From an uncultured Candidatus Saccharibacteria bacterium (GTDB lineage: Bacteria > Patescibacteriota > Doudnabacteria > UBA920), in the NCBI GenBank assembly GCA_964512925.1, contig CAZEKH010000001.1, positions 39,445 through 103,444 of the forward strand: a DNA stretch of 64,000 nt, written 5' to 3'. Under the pieces are notes generated by a model. The model had not been told where the DNA came from. It saw only the letters and a program-made list of their open reading frames with translations, and did no database searches. This document shows, one piece after another, positions 30,579-40,348 of this stretch; positions within the stretch are counted from its first letter, which is position 1; every line of letters begins with the position of its first letter. Both the position numbers and the translations under genes were made by a program.

Positions 30579-30710
30579 ATCTTTACAGTGCTGTGAAAGC
30601 GCTTTTTTATTTGCCTTTGCAAAGCACTGGACTTTCGCATCTAGCGAAACGATTGCGTTCTTAATCGAACGGTCAGCAATCGTTCTTTAATACCTATATC
30701 AGAAAGGAGT

Positions 30711-31451
30711 TTGATTCTAAGAATGAAAGCTCTTTTTGCCATCAGGTCTGTCCTGGCTAAAATTGATTTAGTCAGCGCAATTGCCCTGCTGATAGTTGTT
30801 CCGACCATTTACCCGGAACTGGCTTTCGCAGCTGAATTGTCAAAGACCGCTCAGGCTGAAACCGCCATAATTTTTGAAATCAAAAACCCCTCAGTTCTTT
30901 TACAAAAAAAGCCAACATCAAATTCCCCGATAGAACAGATTGCGGAAACTGTTGAACTTGCAAGCATTGAAGATATACAAAATTCAGATCCGTTAGTTGT
31001 AAAACTAACCGATTATTTAAACAAACATAATTCCCCGCTTGCAGAATACGCGCCGGAAATCGTCAAACAACCCCAATGGCAGAGATCTCTAGCTATTTCC
31101 TGGGTTGAGAGCAATTTCGGCAAACGTTGTTATACCAACAACTGTAGCGGCATCGGCGTAGCTCCCGGTCATCCTTTATGGAGATCTTACGCGACTAAAT
31201 TGGACTGGTTTAAAGATATGTGCCAGCTGATGGAAAAACCGATGTACAAAGTAAAATACACCACCTTTGAACAAATGCGCGGCATTTATGTTTACCCTGG
31301 AAGCAGCTCTTGGGTAAACGGAGCAAAGAAGAAGTATGCTGAGCTGATGGAAATAACTACTCAGGCTGAACAAGAAAAGCTTGCGGCTGTTGAAGTTAAA
31401 ACCCACAACGACAATCTGCACACCTTTCCGGAGCTGGCTATAGCCAGATAA
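30711..31451 (+). CDS. Secreted hypothetical protein, possibly a lysozyme-like/glucosaminidase fold
   Basis: AAGGAG SD, N-terminal hydrophobic segment, YL..HNSPL...AISWVESNFGK...NNCSGIG. Confidence 0.65.
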   Translation: MILRMKALFAIRSVLAKIDLVSAIALLIVVPTIYPELAFAAELSKTAQAETAIIFEIKNPSVLLQKKPTSNSPIEQIAETVELASIEDIQNSDPLVVKLTDYLNKHNSPLAEYAPEIVKQPQWQRSLAISWVESNFGKRCYTNNCSGIGVAPGHPLWRSYATKLDWFKDMCQLMEKPMYKVKYTTFEQMRGIYVYPGSSSWVNGAKKKYAELMEITTQAEQEKLAAVEVKTHNDNLHTFPELAIAR

Positions 31452-31526
31452 AACTTTAAACCCCCGCCAAAGCGGGGGTTTAAAGTTGCCAAACACCGAA
31501 ATTTTGTTTAAAATTATATGGTTATT

Positions 31527-31601
31527 GGCGCGATGGTGAAGCAGTAACACTGCGGTCTGCAAAACCGCCACGCGTGGGTGCAAATCCCACTCGCGCCTCC
31601 A
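31527..31601 (+). tRNA. tRNA-Cys(GCA)
   Basis: Cloverleaf, loop CT-GCA-AA, U73 discriminator, TCCA end. Confidence 0.95.
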
Positions 31602-31628
31602 ATAAATAAGAGTCTCAACGAGGTTTAA

Positions 31629-31732
31629 GGTCTGTCATCCCTTCGGGAGATCCCCCGTAAGGGGGACAAAACCGCCACGCGTGGGTGCCATCCCTCCGGG
31701 AGATGTAAACACAAATCCCACTCGCGCCTCCA
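31629..31732 (+). pseudogene. Duplicated 3' part of tRNA-Cys carrying two hairpin insertions
   Basis: GGTCTG[32 nt]CAAAACCGCCACGCGTGGGTG[24 nt]CAAATCCCACTCGCGCCTCCA. Confidence 0.88.
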
Positions 31733-31807
31733 CTGCTTCGTCCGCCTAGGGCGGACTACGCAGTGCAAGCAAAAAAATCTTTAACATTATAAAAACATTA
31801 CATACCT

Positions 31808-31894
31808 GCCCGGGTGGCGGAACTGGCATACGCTACTGACTTAAGATCAGTCGCCCTTACGGGATTGAGGGTTCAACTCCCTCCCCGGGCACCA
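31808..31894 (+). tRNA. tRNA-Leu(TAA)
   Basis: Cloverleaf with variable arm, loop CT-TAA-GA. Confidence 0.95.
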
Positions 31895-32077
31895 TTTAGT
31901 TATCAACATTTGACAGGGAAATTATTGGGTGGTAAATTATTTTTACTGATTAAATTTTTGAATTGAAACAAAGTCACAGATTTTCAATTTCTTACAATTC
32001 TAAAAAGTCAACCCAATGGCTTAGTTTGTTGTAAACGGATTCAGATTTGAATTACGTTTTTTTTATTACCTAAAGCC

Positions 32078-32106
32078 TTGACAAAAATATAAAAAAATAG
32101 TATAGT
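32078..32106 (+). promoter_or_regulatory. Sigma70-type promoter
   Basis: TTGACA-17 nt-TATAGT. Confidence 0.65.
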
Positions 32107-32164
32107 ATGCGGTTACAACTTTTTTAAGCATATTACTTTAATTCTTCAACTTTTGTTGTAAACT

Positions 32165-33550
32165 ATGACAACCAAATCCGCTTCCAAACATAAAAACGGT
32201 TTTAAAAAATTCTGGCGCCTTGGACTGGAAGACTTTAACACAGGCAATTTTACCATTGGCCCGGATGGGGAACTGATTGTAAGGGAAGGCAACTTCCAAT
32301 ACAACATTTTTGATATTGTAAAAAAATACGGCACATCCACGGAAATTGTGTTTCCTACCATCATAGAAAACCGTGTGAGGGATTTGATTGAAACGTTCAA
32401 TGCTTATATCAAAGTTTTAAGCTACAAAGGAAAGTTTTTTTACCACTACGCGATGAAAGTCAACCAGAACAAGGAGTTTGTTCTGCCGGCCGTGGCAGAG
32501 GGGGCAAATCTGGATGTGGCTTCAGCCAATGAATTGTATTTGGTAAAAAAAATGATTGAGCAGGACAAGTTTAACGCTAAAATCCGCGTCATTTGCAACG
32601 GACCCAAAACTCCCAAATATATGGAGCTGATTGAAGAACTAAAAAGCAAAGGACTGATAGTAATCCCAATCATAGAAGACCACGTGGAGCTGGAACGGAT
32701 GCTTAAGTTTAAAGGCGAAGTCGGCATACGAGTTAACTTAAATGTCAAAGTAGACAGTCATTGGGACAAACGCTATAACCGCTACGGTTTTACCGAGTCA
32801 GAACTTTTGTCTTTGGGAAAAATCCGAAATCTGTCCGTCCTGCATTACCACATCTCCAGCCAAATAGAAAAAACCGAAGGCTTTGTTGCTCCTTTAAAAC
32901 GAGCTTTAGACCTGTACGCCAAACTCAGAGAAAAAAATCCGGGGCTTGATACTTTAGACTTAGGCGGGGGAGCGGCGGTGCCTTATGAAAAAAAGAAGCC
33001 GATATATTCGGGAAAAAATTTAATTCAAAACATAGTTAAAACCGCCAAAAACCACTGCGACAAACTTGGAGTAAAACATCCTGATCTGATAGTGGAATGG
33101 GGCAGATACGTGGCAGCCCCGGCCCAGATCACCATCTATAAAATTTTGGCGGAAAAAACCGTAGACAACAAAGGCAAAAACAAATGGTATGTCATAGACG
33201 GGAGTTTTATGAACGACCTGATAGACACTTGGGCGATCCACCAAAAATGGCACGTTACTCCAGTAAACTATATGAATGCCAAAAAGCTGGAAAAAGTCTG
33301 GCTGGCCGGCTCCTCCTGCGACTCTGACGACAAATACACTGCCGGCGGCAGCTATATCCTTTTACCCAAGCTCTCAGACTGCGACGAACTCTATATCGCG
33401 CTTTACGACACAGGCGCATACCAGGATTCCCTGGCTTCCCACCACTGCCTGCTCTCGAGCCCAGCAAAACTCATAGCGCAAAATGGAGAAATCAAAGTAG
33501 CCAGAAGAAGAGAGCAACCGGAAGAAGTTGGCAAACAATTTGGTTGGTGA
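32165..33550 (+). CDS. Group IV PLP-dependent decarboxylase (arginine decarboxylase SpeA-like)
   Basis: YAMKVNQ, ICNGPK, LHYHISSQI, LDLGGG, EWGRY, SSCDSD, TGAYQ. Confidence 0.85.
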   Translation: MTTKSASKHKNGFKKFWRLGLEDFNTGNFTIGPDGELIVREGNFQYNIFDIVKKYGTSTEIVFPTIIENRVRDLIETFNAYIKVLSYKGKFFYHYAMKVNQNKEFVLPAVAEGANLDVASANELYLVKKMIEQDKFNAKIRVICNGPKTPKYMELIEELKSKGLIVIPIIEDHVELERMLKFKGEVGIRVNLNVKVDSHWDKRYNRYGFTESELLSLGKIRNLSVLHYHISSQIEKTEGFVAPLKRALDLYAKLREKNPGLDTLDLGGGAAVPYEKKKPIYSGKNLIQNIVKTAKNHCDKLGVKHPDLIVEWGRYVAAPAQITIYKILAEKTVDNKGKNKWYVIDGSFMNDLIDTWAIHQKWHVTPVNYMNAKKLEKVWLAGSSCDSDDKYTAGGSYILLPKLSDCDELYIALYDTGAYQDSLASHHCLLSSPAKLIAQNGEIKVARRREQPEEVGKQFGW

Positions 33551-33696
33551 TTGACATTGAACAAAAGAGCTTGTATCTACAAGCTCTTTTTATTTTTTTC
33601 AAAACAAATCAACCCTAAAAACCTCATTTTGTCCATTTTATGGTATAATACTTATGGAAGCGTAAATTGCTAAAATAAAAACTTCCAAAAAGAAAG

Positions 33697-33933
33697 GTGG
33701 TGAGTTTCTTGAAAATTCTTCACACTGTCACTTTTATCCTCGTTGTCGTCGGCGCCCTTAACTGGGGACTGGTCGGCGCGTTTGATTTCAATTTGGTGGC
33801 TAAAATCCTAGGCACAGGTATGGCCGCCAATGTAGTTTATATTTTAGTCGGCCTGGCTGCTGTATATGAGGTTGCCACCCATAAATCCAGCTGCAAAGCT
33901 TGCGATTCCGGAATGGCTAAGCCTACAATGTAA
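33697..33933 (+). CDS. DUF378 small membrane protein
   Basis: LVVVGALNWGLVGAFDFNLV...VYILVGLAA. Confidence 0.9.
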   Translation: MVSFLKILHTVTFILVVVGALNWGLVGAFDFNLVAKILGTGMAANVVYILVGLAAVYEVATHKSSCKACDSGMAKPTM

Positions 33934-34006
33934 ACTGGTTGTGCACAAATTTAAACCCCGCCCTTTCTTAAGAAAAGGCGGGGTTTGTAATTCACAGTTT
34001 GAAGAT

Positions 34007-35215
34007 TTATTTTGCTTCTTCAACTTCAGTCTTCTCTTCAGATTTTTCTTCTTTTTTTGGAGCCTCGGTCATCGCTTTAAGTGAAAGACCCAAACGGTGT
34101 TCTGAAGGTTCTATAGATATAATTTTAAATTCTTTTTCTTCGCCGATTTTTACAACCTCTTCAGCGTTCTTAATCGAGGAATGGGACAGTTCCATAGTAT
34201 GGCAAAGCCCTTGAATGTCTTTGTCCAGTTCTACAAAAACGCCATACGGCATAATTTTAGAAATTTTTCCTGAAACTGACTGACCGATTTGATATTTTTT
34301 TACAGCAGAAAGCCACGGATCGTCCTGCAACTGCTTGATAGACAAAGACACGCGTCCTTTGTCTATGGAAATAACTTTGGCCTTTACCTTGTCGCCAACT
34401 TTCAAGATATCTTTCGGATTTTCTATGCGCTGCCAAGCCAGCTCGGAAATATGCACCAAACCTTCCAGCTCGCCAAACTTCACAAAAGCGCCGAAATCAA
34501 CCACCCCGGTAACATTGCCATCCACAACCTGGCCGATTTTCAAAGTGGAAAGCTTATTTTCCATTTCTTTTTCAAACACAGCCTTTTCTGACACAATCAG
34601 CTTTTCTTCCTCGCTGTCTGCGGTGATAACCTGAACGTCAAACAGCTGGCCGATAAAGCTTCTTAAAATCTCTAAAATTCTGGACTTGTCGCCATCTTCC
34701 ACGCGAGGATAGTGTTCCAAAGACAGCTGGGAAACAGGCAAGAAGCCTGTTACGCCGTTGACTTCCACCATCAGCCCGCCTTTGTTGGCATCCAAAATTT
34801 TGGTGCGCAAAACTTCCTTTTTATCCATTTTATCCCGCAAAGTCTGCCAAACTCTTTCCTGACCGGCCTGGCGCATAGACAACTCCACTATGCCGTCTTT
34901 GTTTTCCGACTCCACAACTGAAACAAATACGCTGTCGCCGGCTTTAAGGTTTGCCAGAGTGGTCTGGTCGTCATACAGCTCGCGGCCTCTGACTACACCA
35001 ATGCCGTAGCCTTCTAAATCTACATACACTTCATTTTTACCAACAGAGATTAGTTTGCCTTCCACCATATCTCCTGGCTTTAAAACTTTTATATCAATAC
35101 CTGCAGAAACCAAATCCTGCATCGTTTGCGCAGACTTGGCTTTTTCCGGAAAAGTGGCCGGCTGAATTGTGGTGGCTACTACTGGTTGGGCTGGGGTTTG
35201 AATATTGTCTTCCAT
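34007..35215 (-). CDS. rpsA: 30S ribosomal protein S1
   Basis: Four S1 repeats: NKGGL, GFLPVSQL, FGAFV, GLVHISELAW, YGVFV. Confidence 0.93.
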   Translation of the reverse strand: MEDNIQTPAQPVVATTIQPATFPEKAKSAQTMQDLVSAGIDIKVLKPGDMVEGKLISVGKNEVYVDLEGYGIGVVRGRELYDDQTTLANLKAGDSVFVSVVESENKDGIVELSMRQAGQERVWQTLRDKMDKKEVLRTKILDANKGGLMVEVNGVTGFLPVSQLSLEHYPRVEDGDKSRILEILRSFIGQLFDVQVITADSEEEKLIVSEKAVFEKEMENKLSTLKIGQVVDGNVTGVVDFGAFVKFGELEGLVHISELAWQRIENPKDILKVGDKVKAKVISIDKGRVSLSIKQLQDDPWLSAVKKYQIGQSVSGKISKIMPYGVFVELDKDIQGLCHTMELSHSSIKNAEEVVKIGEEKEFKIISIEPSEHRLGLSLKAMTEAPKKEEKSEEKTEVEEAK

Positions 35216-35256
35216 AAAATAATTTAATTCTACAAAATACTTTAACAATTTGATTT

Positions 35257-35317
35257 TGTCATCCCGGCCTTGCTTGCCCGCCGTAGCCTTGGCGAAGGTG
35301 GAAGCCGGGATCCGGGG
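35257..35317. repeat. Half GTCATCCCGG-type REP with nested CCCGCCGTAGCCTTGGCGAAGGTGG hairpin
   Basis: TGTCATCCCGGC...GCCGGGATCCGGGG. Confidence 0.7.
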
Positions 35318-35626
35318 TAAATAAAAACAACGAATAATTTAATTATCGTTGAATGTTAGTTAAAATCTTTTGCATTGGGGTTAATGATTAAAAGCGCCTG
35401 TCTTTAGCTTATTTGTGGTTAATTGTTAAAAAGTTATTATCTCGGCGCTAGTTCAAATAAGCCTATATATTATACTTAATTTTTATAAAAATGCAAGCCC
35501 CAAAACCCCTTTCTTTTTTCCCTAAAAAGCCTTATAATTACTACAGAACTTTTATAAATTTAGCTACCGATAACTACTGATTCTGTAGGCATCTGTAGTG
35601 TACTTTTAAGCTAATTTCTCGTAGTT

Positions 35627-36253
35627 ATGCAAATACAATATTTCGGACTGTCTTCGTTTAAAATCACCACAAAAGAAGCAACCATCATCACTGATCCTTT
35701 TCATAAAGACTCAGGCCTTACTCCTCCCAGGGGAGCCGCAGACATCCTAATGCTGTCTGAAAAAAACAGTAAAAAATACTCCGCTGTTTCTGGCGTATCT
35801 GGCGAGCCTTTTTTAGTTTCAGATCCAGGCGAATACGATATAAAAGGAGTGTCCATTGCCGGCATCCCGCTCAAACAAGAAAACGGTTATGTAACTGTCT
35901 TTCTTATAGAGAGCGAAGACATCCGCATTTTAAATCTTACGCATATCAAAGACTGGAACATCAAAGAAGACGAACTGGAAAGTTTGGGGGAGATAGACAT
36001 CCTTTTGTTGCCAGTCGGGGGCAATACGGTTTTTTCCGCGTCCCAGGCTGCCAAAGTAGTAAATGAAATAGAACCAAAGATAGTGATCCCATCAGAATAC
36101 AAAATGCCAGATTTGATATTTGATTTGGACGGAGTGGAAAAATTTGTAAAAGAAATGGGCGGCAAAAAAGAAGAAATGGAAAAGCTGACTGTGAAAAAGA
36201 AAGAGCTGACCGAAGAAGGAACCAAATTAGTAATACTCAGCCCACTAAGATAA
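35627..36253 (+). CDS. MBL-fold metallo-hydrolase-like protein
   Basis: IQYFGLSSFKI, TDPF, PGEYDIKG, IDILLLPVGG, EPKIVIP. Confidence 0.85.
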   Translation: MQIQYFGLSSFKITTKEATIITDPFHKDSGLTPPRGAADILMLSEKNSKKYSAVSGVSGEPFLVSDPGEYDIKGVSIAGIPLKQENGYVTVFLIESEDIRILNLTHIKDWNIKEDELESLGEIDILLLPVGGNTVFSASQAAKVVNEIEPKIVIPSEYKMPDLIFDLDGVEKFVKEMGGKKEEMEKLTVKKKELTEEGTKLVILSPLR

Positions 36254-36365
36254 ACTGGCTGTAAATTTCTAATTTCCGCCAGCTGGCGGACTAATTGACC
36301 TAATTTATAACCAAAAACGATATTCGTATCATTCGCGTGAATTCGTATATTAGTGTCGCTACCAA

Positions 36366-36569
36366 ATGTCTTTTTTATCCAAAATCCAAAACTCTTCCCG
36401 CAGCGCCAAGGTCCGATTTATTGTTATGGTAATAGTTATCGTCGCGATTCTGCTTACTGTCCTCTGGATATTTACTTCCCGCATCGGCAAAACCGGCCCC
36501 AAAGAAACCGGCATCTTCCAAACCCTGGGCAGGGGAGTAAAAGATGTGCAAGATAATTATAAAAAATAG
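36366..36569 (+). CDS. Small single-TM protein
   Basis: One hydrophobic helix, ATG start. Confidence 0.6.
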   Translation: MSFLSKIQNSSRSAKVRFIVMVIVIVAILLTVLWIFTSRIGKTGPKETGIFQTLGRGVKDVQDNYKK

Positions 36570-36582
36570 ATATTTAAAATAA

Positions 36583-37131
36583 ATGATTGAAAAATATCAG
36601 CCATCGCCAGAAAAAATTGTTGAAATTGAAAATCCGCTTCCGTTAGTAAATACTCTCTTAGCTCTTTGTAAGTCCGAGCAATATCCCATTATCTTTCAAC
36701 ATAAAAAACAAATTGCTCGTCTTCAAGTAAAAAAAGAACCATCAAGTTTAGTTCTTGAAAATTTTGATGCTCCACACTTAAAGTTAATTCAATCTGGCGG
36801 CGAAACTACATTGACCGAACTTTCAAAAAAATGTGCCGAAAAATTTAAAAAGATAAACCCAAAAATTGTCGATAAATTTTTTCTTCCCGAACATCAGGGC
36901 ACAGTCAGGGCATTTTTTAAGGACCTTGCAAATCAAGAAACCGCGCATCAACTTTTTTTAAATCCAAGCAGACTAATTGATATATTATTACAAATAAAAT
37001 TTTATTACGAATCTTGTTTACAGCAAAAAAATCAACTGGGAGAAAACCCTTCGCCCCAAATTTCAACAAGAAACAGACGGTTAGCCCAGCGGCTTAGAAA
37101 GCGCATAAGAGAACCGACCGATGAAAAATAA
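36583..37131 (+). CDS. Hypothetical protein
   Basis: 182-aa ORF co-oriented with its neighbours. Confidence 0.6.
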   Translation: MIEKYQPSPEKIVEIENPLPLVNTLLALCKSEQYPIIFQHKKQIARLQVKKEPSSLVLENFDAPHLKLIQSGGETTLTELSKKCAEKFKKINPKIVDKFFLPEHQGTVRAFFKDLANQETAHQLFLNPSRLIDILLQIKFYYESCLQQKNQLGENPSPQISTRNRRLAQRLRKRIREPTDEK

Positions 37132-37163
37132 AAAATTAATATTCAGATTAAATAACACTTACT

Positions 37164-39629
37164 ATGCCTAAAGATTCATCACAAGAACTGTCCAGCGACA
37201 TTGGAGAGATCAAGCCCCGCACCATAGAAAGCGAAATGCAGGAGTCATACCTTGACTACGCTATGTCTGTTATAGTTTCGCGCGCCCTGCCTGACGTGCG
37301 CGACGGGCTTAAGCCAGTACACAGGCGTATTTTGTATGTAATGCACGAGCTAGGCCTGAGGCACAATGTCAAATTTAGAAAATCCGCAGCTGTAGTTGGA
37401 GATGTGCTTGGTAAATACCACCCGCACGGCGACACCGCGGTTTACGACTCTATGGTGCATATGGCGCAGGAATTCGCAATGCGCTACCCGCTGGTGGACG
37501 GCCAGGGAAACTTTGGCTCAATGGACGGCGACCGTGCTGCGGCTATGCGTTATACCGAAGCCCGTATGTCTGCCTTAGCCGAGGAACTGCTTTTTGACTT
37601 GGATAAAGAAACCGTTGCCTGGCGGGATAACTACGATGCCACCAGAAAAGAACCGGTGGTACTGCCAGGAAAGCTTCCCAACCTGCTTTTAAACGGCACT
37701 TTGGGCATTGCCGTTGGTATGGCAACTGACATCCCGCCGCACAACCTTTGCGAAGTGGCGGACGCCATAGTCAAGCTTATAGACGAGCCTGAAGCAACAG
37801 TTGAAGATTTATTGGAGTTCATCAAAGGTCCGGACTTCCCTACGGGGGGCATCATCTACGATGTAGCAGCGATAAAAAATGCCTATGCCACCGGCAAGGG
37901 CAGTATAGTAATGCGCGCTAAAACCGAAATTCACGAAACCAAATCCGGCGCTTTCCAGATACTCATTCACGAAATTCCTTATAGGATAAACAAAGCGACC
38001 CTTCTGGAAAAAATCGCCGATCTTGTAAATGAGAAAAAAATCGAAGGGATTAAAGACGTGCGCGACGAGTCGGACAAAGACGGAGTTAGAATTGTAGTTG
38101 ACCTGAAAAAAGACGCCCTGGCTAACAAAATCTTAAACCAGCTTTTTTCCTTTACTCAGCTACAGGAAACTTTCCATATGAATATGCTGTCTTTGGTGGA
38201 CGGCATTGAACCCCACGTGCTTAACCTTAAAACTGTTTTAGAAAAATACCTAGAGCACCGGCAGATTGTCGTGCGAAAACGCACAGAGTTTGAACTCAAA
38301 AAAGCCAAAGAACGCGAACACATCCTGGAAGGCCTAAAAAAAGCTTTAGACCATATAGATGAAGTTATAAACACCATCAAAAAGTCGCCGACCAAGGAAG
38401 AGGCTAAGGCAAACTTGATGAAAAAGTTTAAGCTATCCGACCTGCAGGCAGACGCTATTTTGGAAATGCGCCTTCAGACTCTAGCTGGCCTGGAAAGAAA
38501 AAAAGTTGATGACGAGCTAAAAGAAAAACGCGCGCTCATAGCCGAACTGGAAAGTATTTTAAAATCCATAAAACGGATCCTCGGAATCATCAAACAAGAA
38601 GTGTTGGAAATGAAAGAAAAATACGGAGATGAAAGAAGAACCCAGGTGATGAAAAACGCAGTTGGAACTTTTTCAGCCGAAGATCTGATCCCGGAAGAAA
38701 ATGTGATTATTACCATCACTAAATCAGGCTACGTAAAAAGGCTGGCTCCAGATACTTACAAGAGCCAGGCGCGGGGCGGCAAGGGAGTCATCGGCCAGAG
38801 TCTGAAAGAAGAAGACGTGGTGGAAAAACTCATTTCTTCTCATACTCACGACGACATCCTGTTCTTTACCAACAAAGGCAGAGTGTTCCAAACTAAAGTT
38901 TATGAACTCCCGGAAGGCTCCAGAACTTCCAAAGGCCAGGCTTTGGTCAACTTCCTTCAGCTGGGCGCTGGGGAAACTGGACAAGCTGTTTTAACTCTTT
39001 CTAAAAAAGACGACGCTAAATTTTTGGTGATGGCCACGAAAAACGGCCTTGTCAAAAAAACCGCGCGCGAAGAGTTTGCCAAAGTCAGAAGAAGCGGAAT
39101 GATTGCTTTGGGCCTTAAAGACGGCGACGAGCTCAAGTGGGTGGACACCACCTCCGGCGAAGACCAAATAATGCTTTCTACAAAAGAAGGTAAAGCTATA
39201 CGTTTTAAAGAAAAAGATGTAAGACAAATGGGCAGAGGAGCTTCGGGCGTAACCGGTATGCGCTGCAAGAAAGGCGACGAGATTATCTCTATGGATGTCA
39301 TAAGAAAAGAAGTAAGCGCTAAAGATTTGGAAGTTTTGATAGTTACAGAAAACGGCTTGGGCAAAAAGACGGAACTCGAGTACTACAAAATCCAAAACCG
39401 CGGCGGGTCAGGAGTAAAAACCCTCAAAGTGACCCCGAAGACCGGCAAGATAGTTGCGATGTATATCTTAAACGCCAAAGAAGAGCACGACCTGGTTATC
39501 ATCTCGGAAAAAGGTCAAACCATAAGAACGCCTTTAAATGCTGTTTCTACCTTAGGCCGCGCCACCCAAGGCGTAAGAGTTATGAGGCTGGATGAAGGGG
39601 ATAAAGTTGCAAGCGCTACGGTGATATAG
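37164..39629 (+). CDS. gyrA: DNA gyrase subunit A
   Basis: [34 protein letters not shown] GyrA box. Confidence 0.98.
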   Translation: MPKDSSQELSSDIGEIKPRTIESEMQESYLDYAMSVIVSRALPDVRDGLKPVHRRILYVMHELGLRHNVKFRKSAAVVGDVLGKYHPHGDTAVYDSMVHMAQEFAMRYPLVDGQGNFGSMDGDRAAAMRYTEARMSALAEELLFDLDKETVAWRDNYDATRKEPVVLPGKLPNLLLNGTLGIAVGMATDIPPHNLCEVADAIVKLIDEPEATVEDLLEFIKGPDFPTGGIIYDVAAIKNAYATGKGSIVMRAKTEIHETKSGAFQILIHEIPYRINKATLLEKIADLVNEKKIEGIKDVRDESDKDGVRIVVDLKKDALANKILNQLFSFTQLQETFHMNMLSLVDGIEPHVLNLKTVLEKYLEHRQIVVRKRTEFELKKAKEREHILEGLKKALDHIDEVINTIKKSPTKEEAKANLMKKFKLSDLQADAILEMRLQTLAGLERKKVDDELKEKRALIAELESILKSIKRILGIIKQEVLEMKEKYGDERRTQVMKNAVGTFSAEDLIPEENVIITITKSGYVKRLAPDTYKSQARGGKGVIGQSLKEEDVVEKLISSHTHDDILFFTNKGRVFQTKVYELPEGSRTSKGQALVNFLQLGAGETGQAVLTLSKKDDAKFLVMATKNGLVKKTAREEFAKVRRSGMIALGLKDGDELKWVDTTSGEDQIMLSTKEGKAIRFKEKDVRQMGRGASGVTGMRCKKGDEIISMDVIRKEVSAKDLEVLIVTENGLGKKTELEYYKIQNRGGSGVKTLKVTPKTGKIVAMYILNAKEEHDLVIISEKGQTIRTPLNAVSTLGRATQGVRVMRLDEGDKVASATVI

Positions 39630-39675
39630 GTTGTAGGTTTTAGGAATTAGTAAATACAAAAGCCAAATTATAAAA

Positions 39676-39712
39676 TTAAAAAACATCCAAATTTGATTTG
39701 GATGTTTTTTAA
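39676..39712. terminator. Bidirectional terminator
   Basis: AAAAAACATCCAAA-TTTGA-TTTGGATGTTTTTT. Confidence 0.7.
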
Positions 39713-40064
39713 TATATTTTATTGCCAAACAAAGTAACAAGAAGTCCGTTTATTAAAATACTTAGATGATTATGCTTTTTGTCGCTCAAGCCGCAATAAT
39801 GAACAATGTTGGTAATATTATTTTTTTTAATCGCTTAACGAAAATAGCCACGTCTGAGTAGTTTCCCACCACATCTATATCATGCTCCGTATAGCCTCTT
39901 CCGGCCAATCCGCCAACAATCTCTAAATCCAGTCCTTCTAAAGAAGGTTTGACTTTTTCAATCTGAATCTTTGGCCATTGTTTCCCCAAAATTTTAGTCA
40001 GCCTGTGTCCAAATATTTTAGACCCGAACGAACATAAACTACATTTGATTTTATATGAATCCAT
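39709..40064 (-). CDS. Small nucleotidyltransferase-like protein, interrupted at an A8 tract (39821-39828)
   Basis: IVGGLAGRGYTEHDIDVV Pol-beta-type motif; the -1 frame stays open to TAA at 39709. Confidence 0.5.
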
Positions 40065-40113
40065 AAATATTAAGGACAGATATACTTACTACCCATAGCG
40101 CTACATAAAAATA

Positions 40114-40152
40114 TGGCGGGTACGCTGAGCGTACCATTCACCACGCTAAGCG
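40114..40152 (-). repeat. 39-nt double-hairpin tRNA 3' trailer, copy 2
   Basis: CGCTTAGCGTGGTGAATGGTACGCTCAGCGTACCCGCCA. Confidence 0.9.
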
Positions 40153-40229
40153 TGGTGGGCGTGCCTGGACTCGAACCAGGGACCCCGAAGGTATAAGCTT
40201 CGTGCTCTAACCAGCTGAGCTACACGCCC
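40153..40229 (-). tRNA. tRNA with UAU anticodon (Ile, reads AUA)
   Basis: Cloverleaf, CGAAG-CTTATAC-CTTCG anticodon arm, ACCA end. Confidence 0.9.
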
Positions 40230-40348
40230 GTGTAACTAAGGAGTATTATAGAAAAAATTCACCAATGAAGCAATAGGTCTATTTTGCAAAAAATTTAAAA
40301 GGGTGTATATTTTAGGAAAGTTCTTGTCTTTCCTTTTAGGAGGCTTCG

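Noticed and set aside
31635-31711. Group I or archaeal-type tRNA introns in the tRNA-Cys copy
   Set aside because: Inserts are 24-32 nt with no catalytic core or clear BHB motif, and the copy lacks the tRNA 5' portion
31808-31894. Similarity between tRNA-Leu(TAA) and tRNA-Leu(GAG) read as att-site duplication
   Set aside because: Both are complete isoacceptor genes; ordinary paralogy
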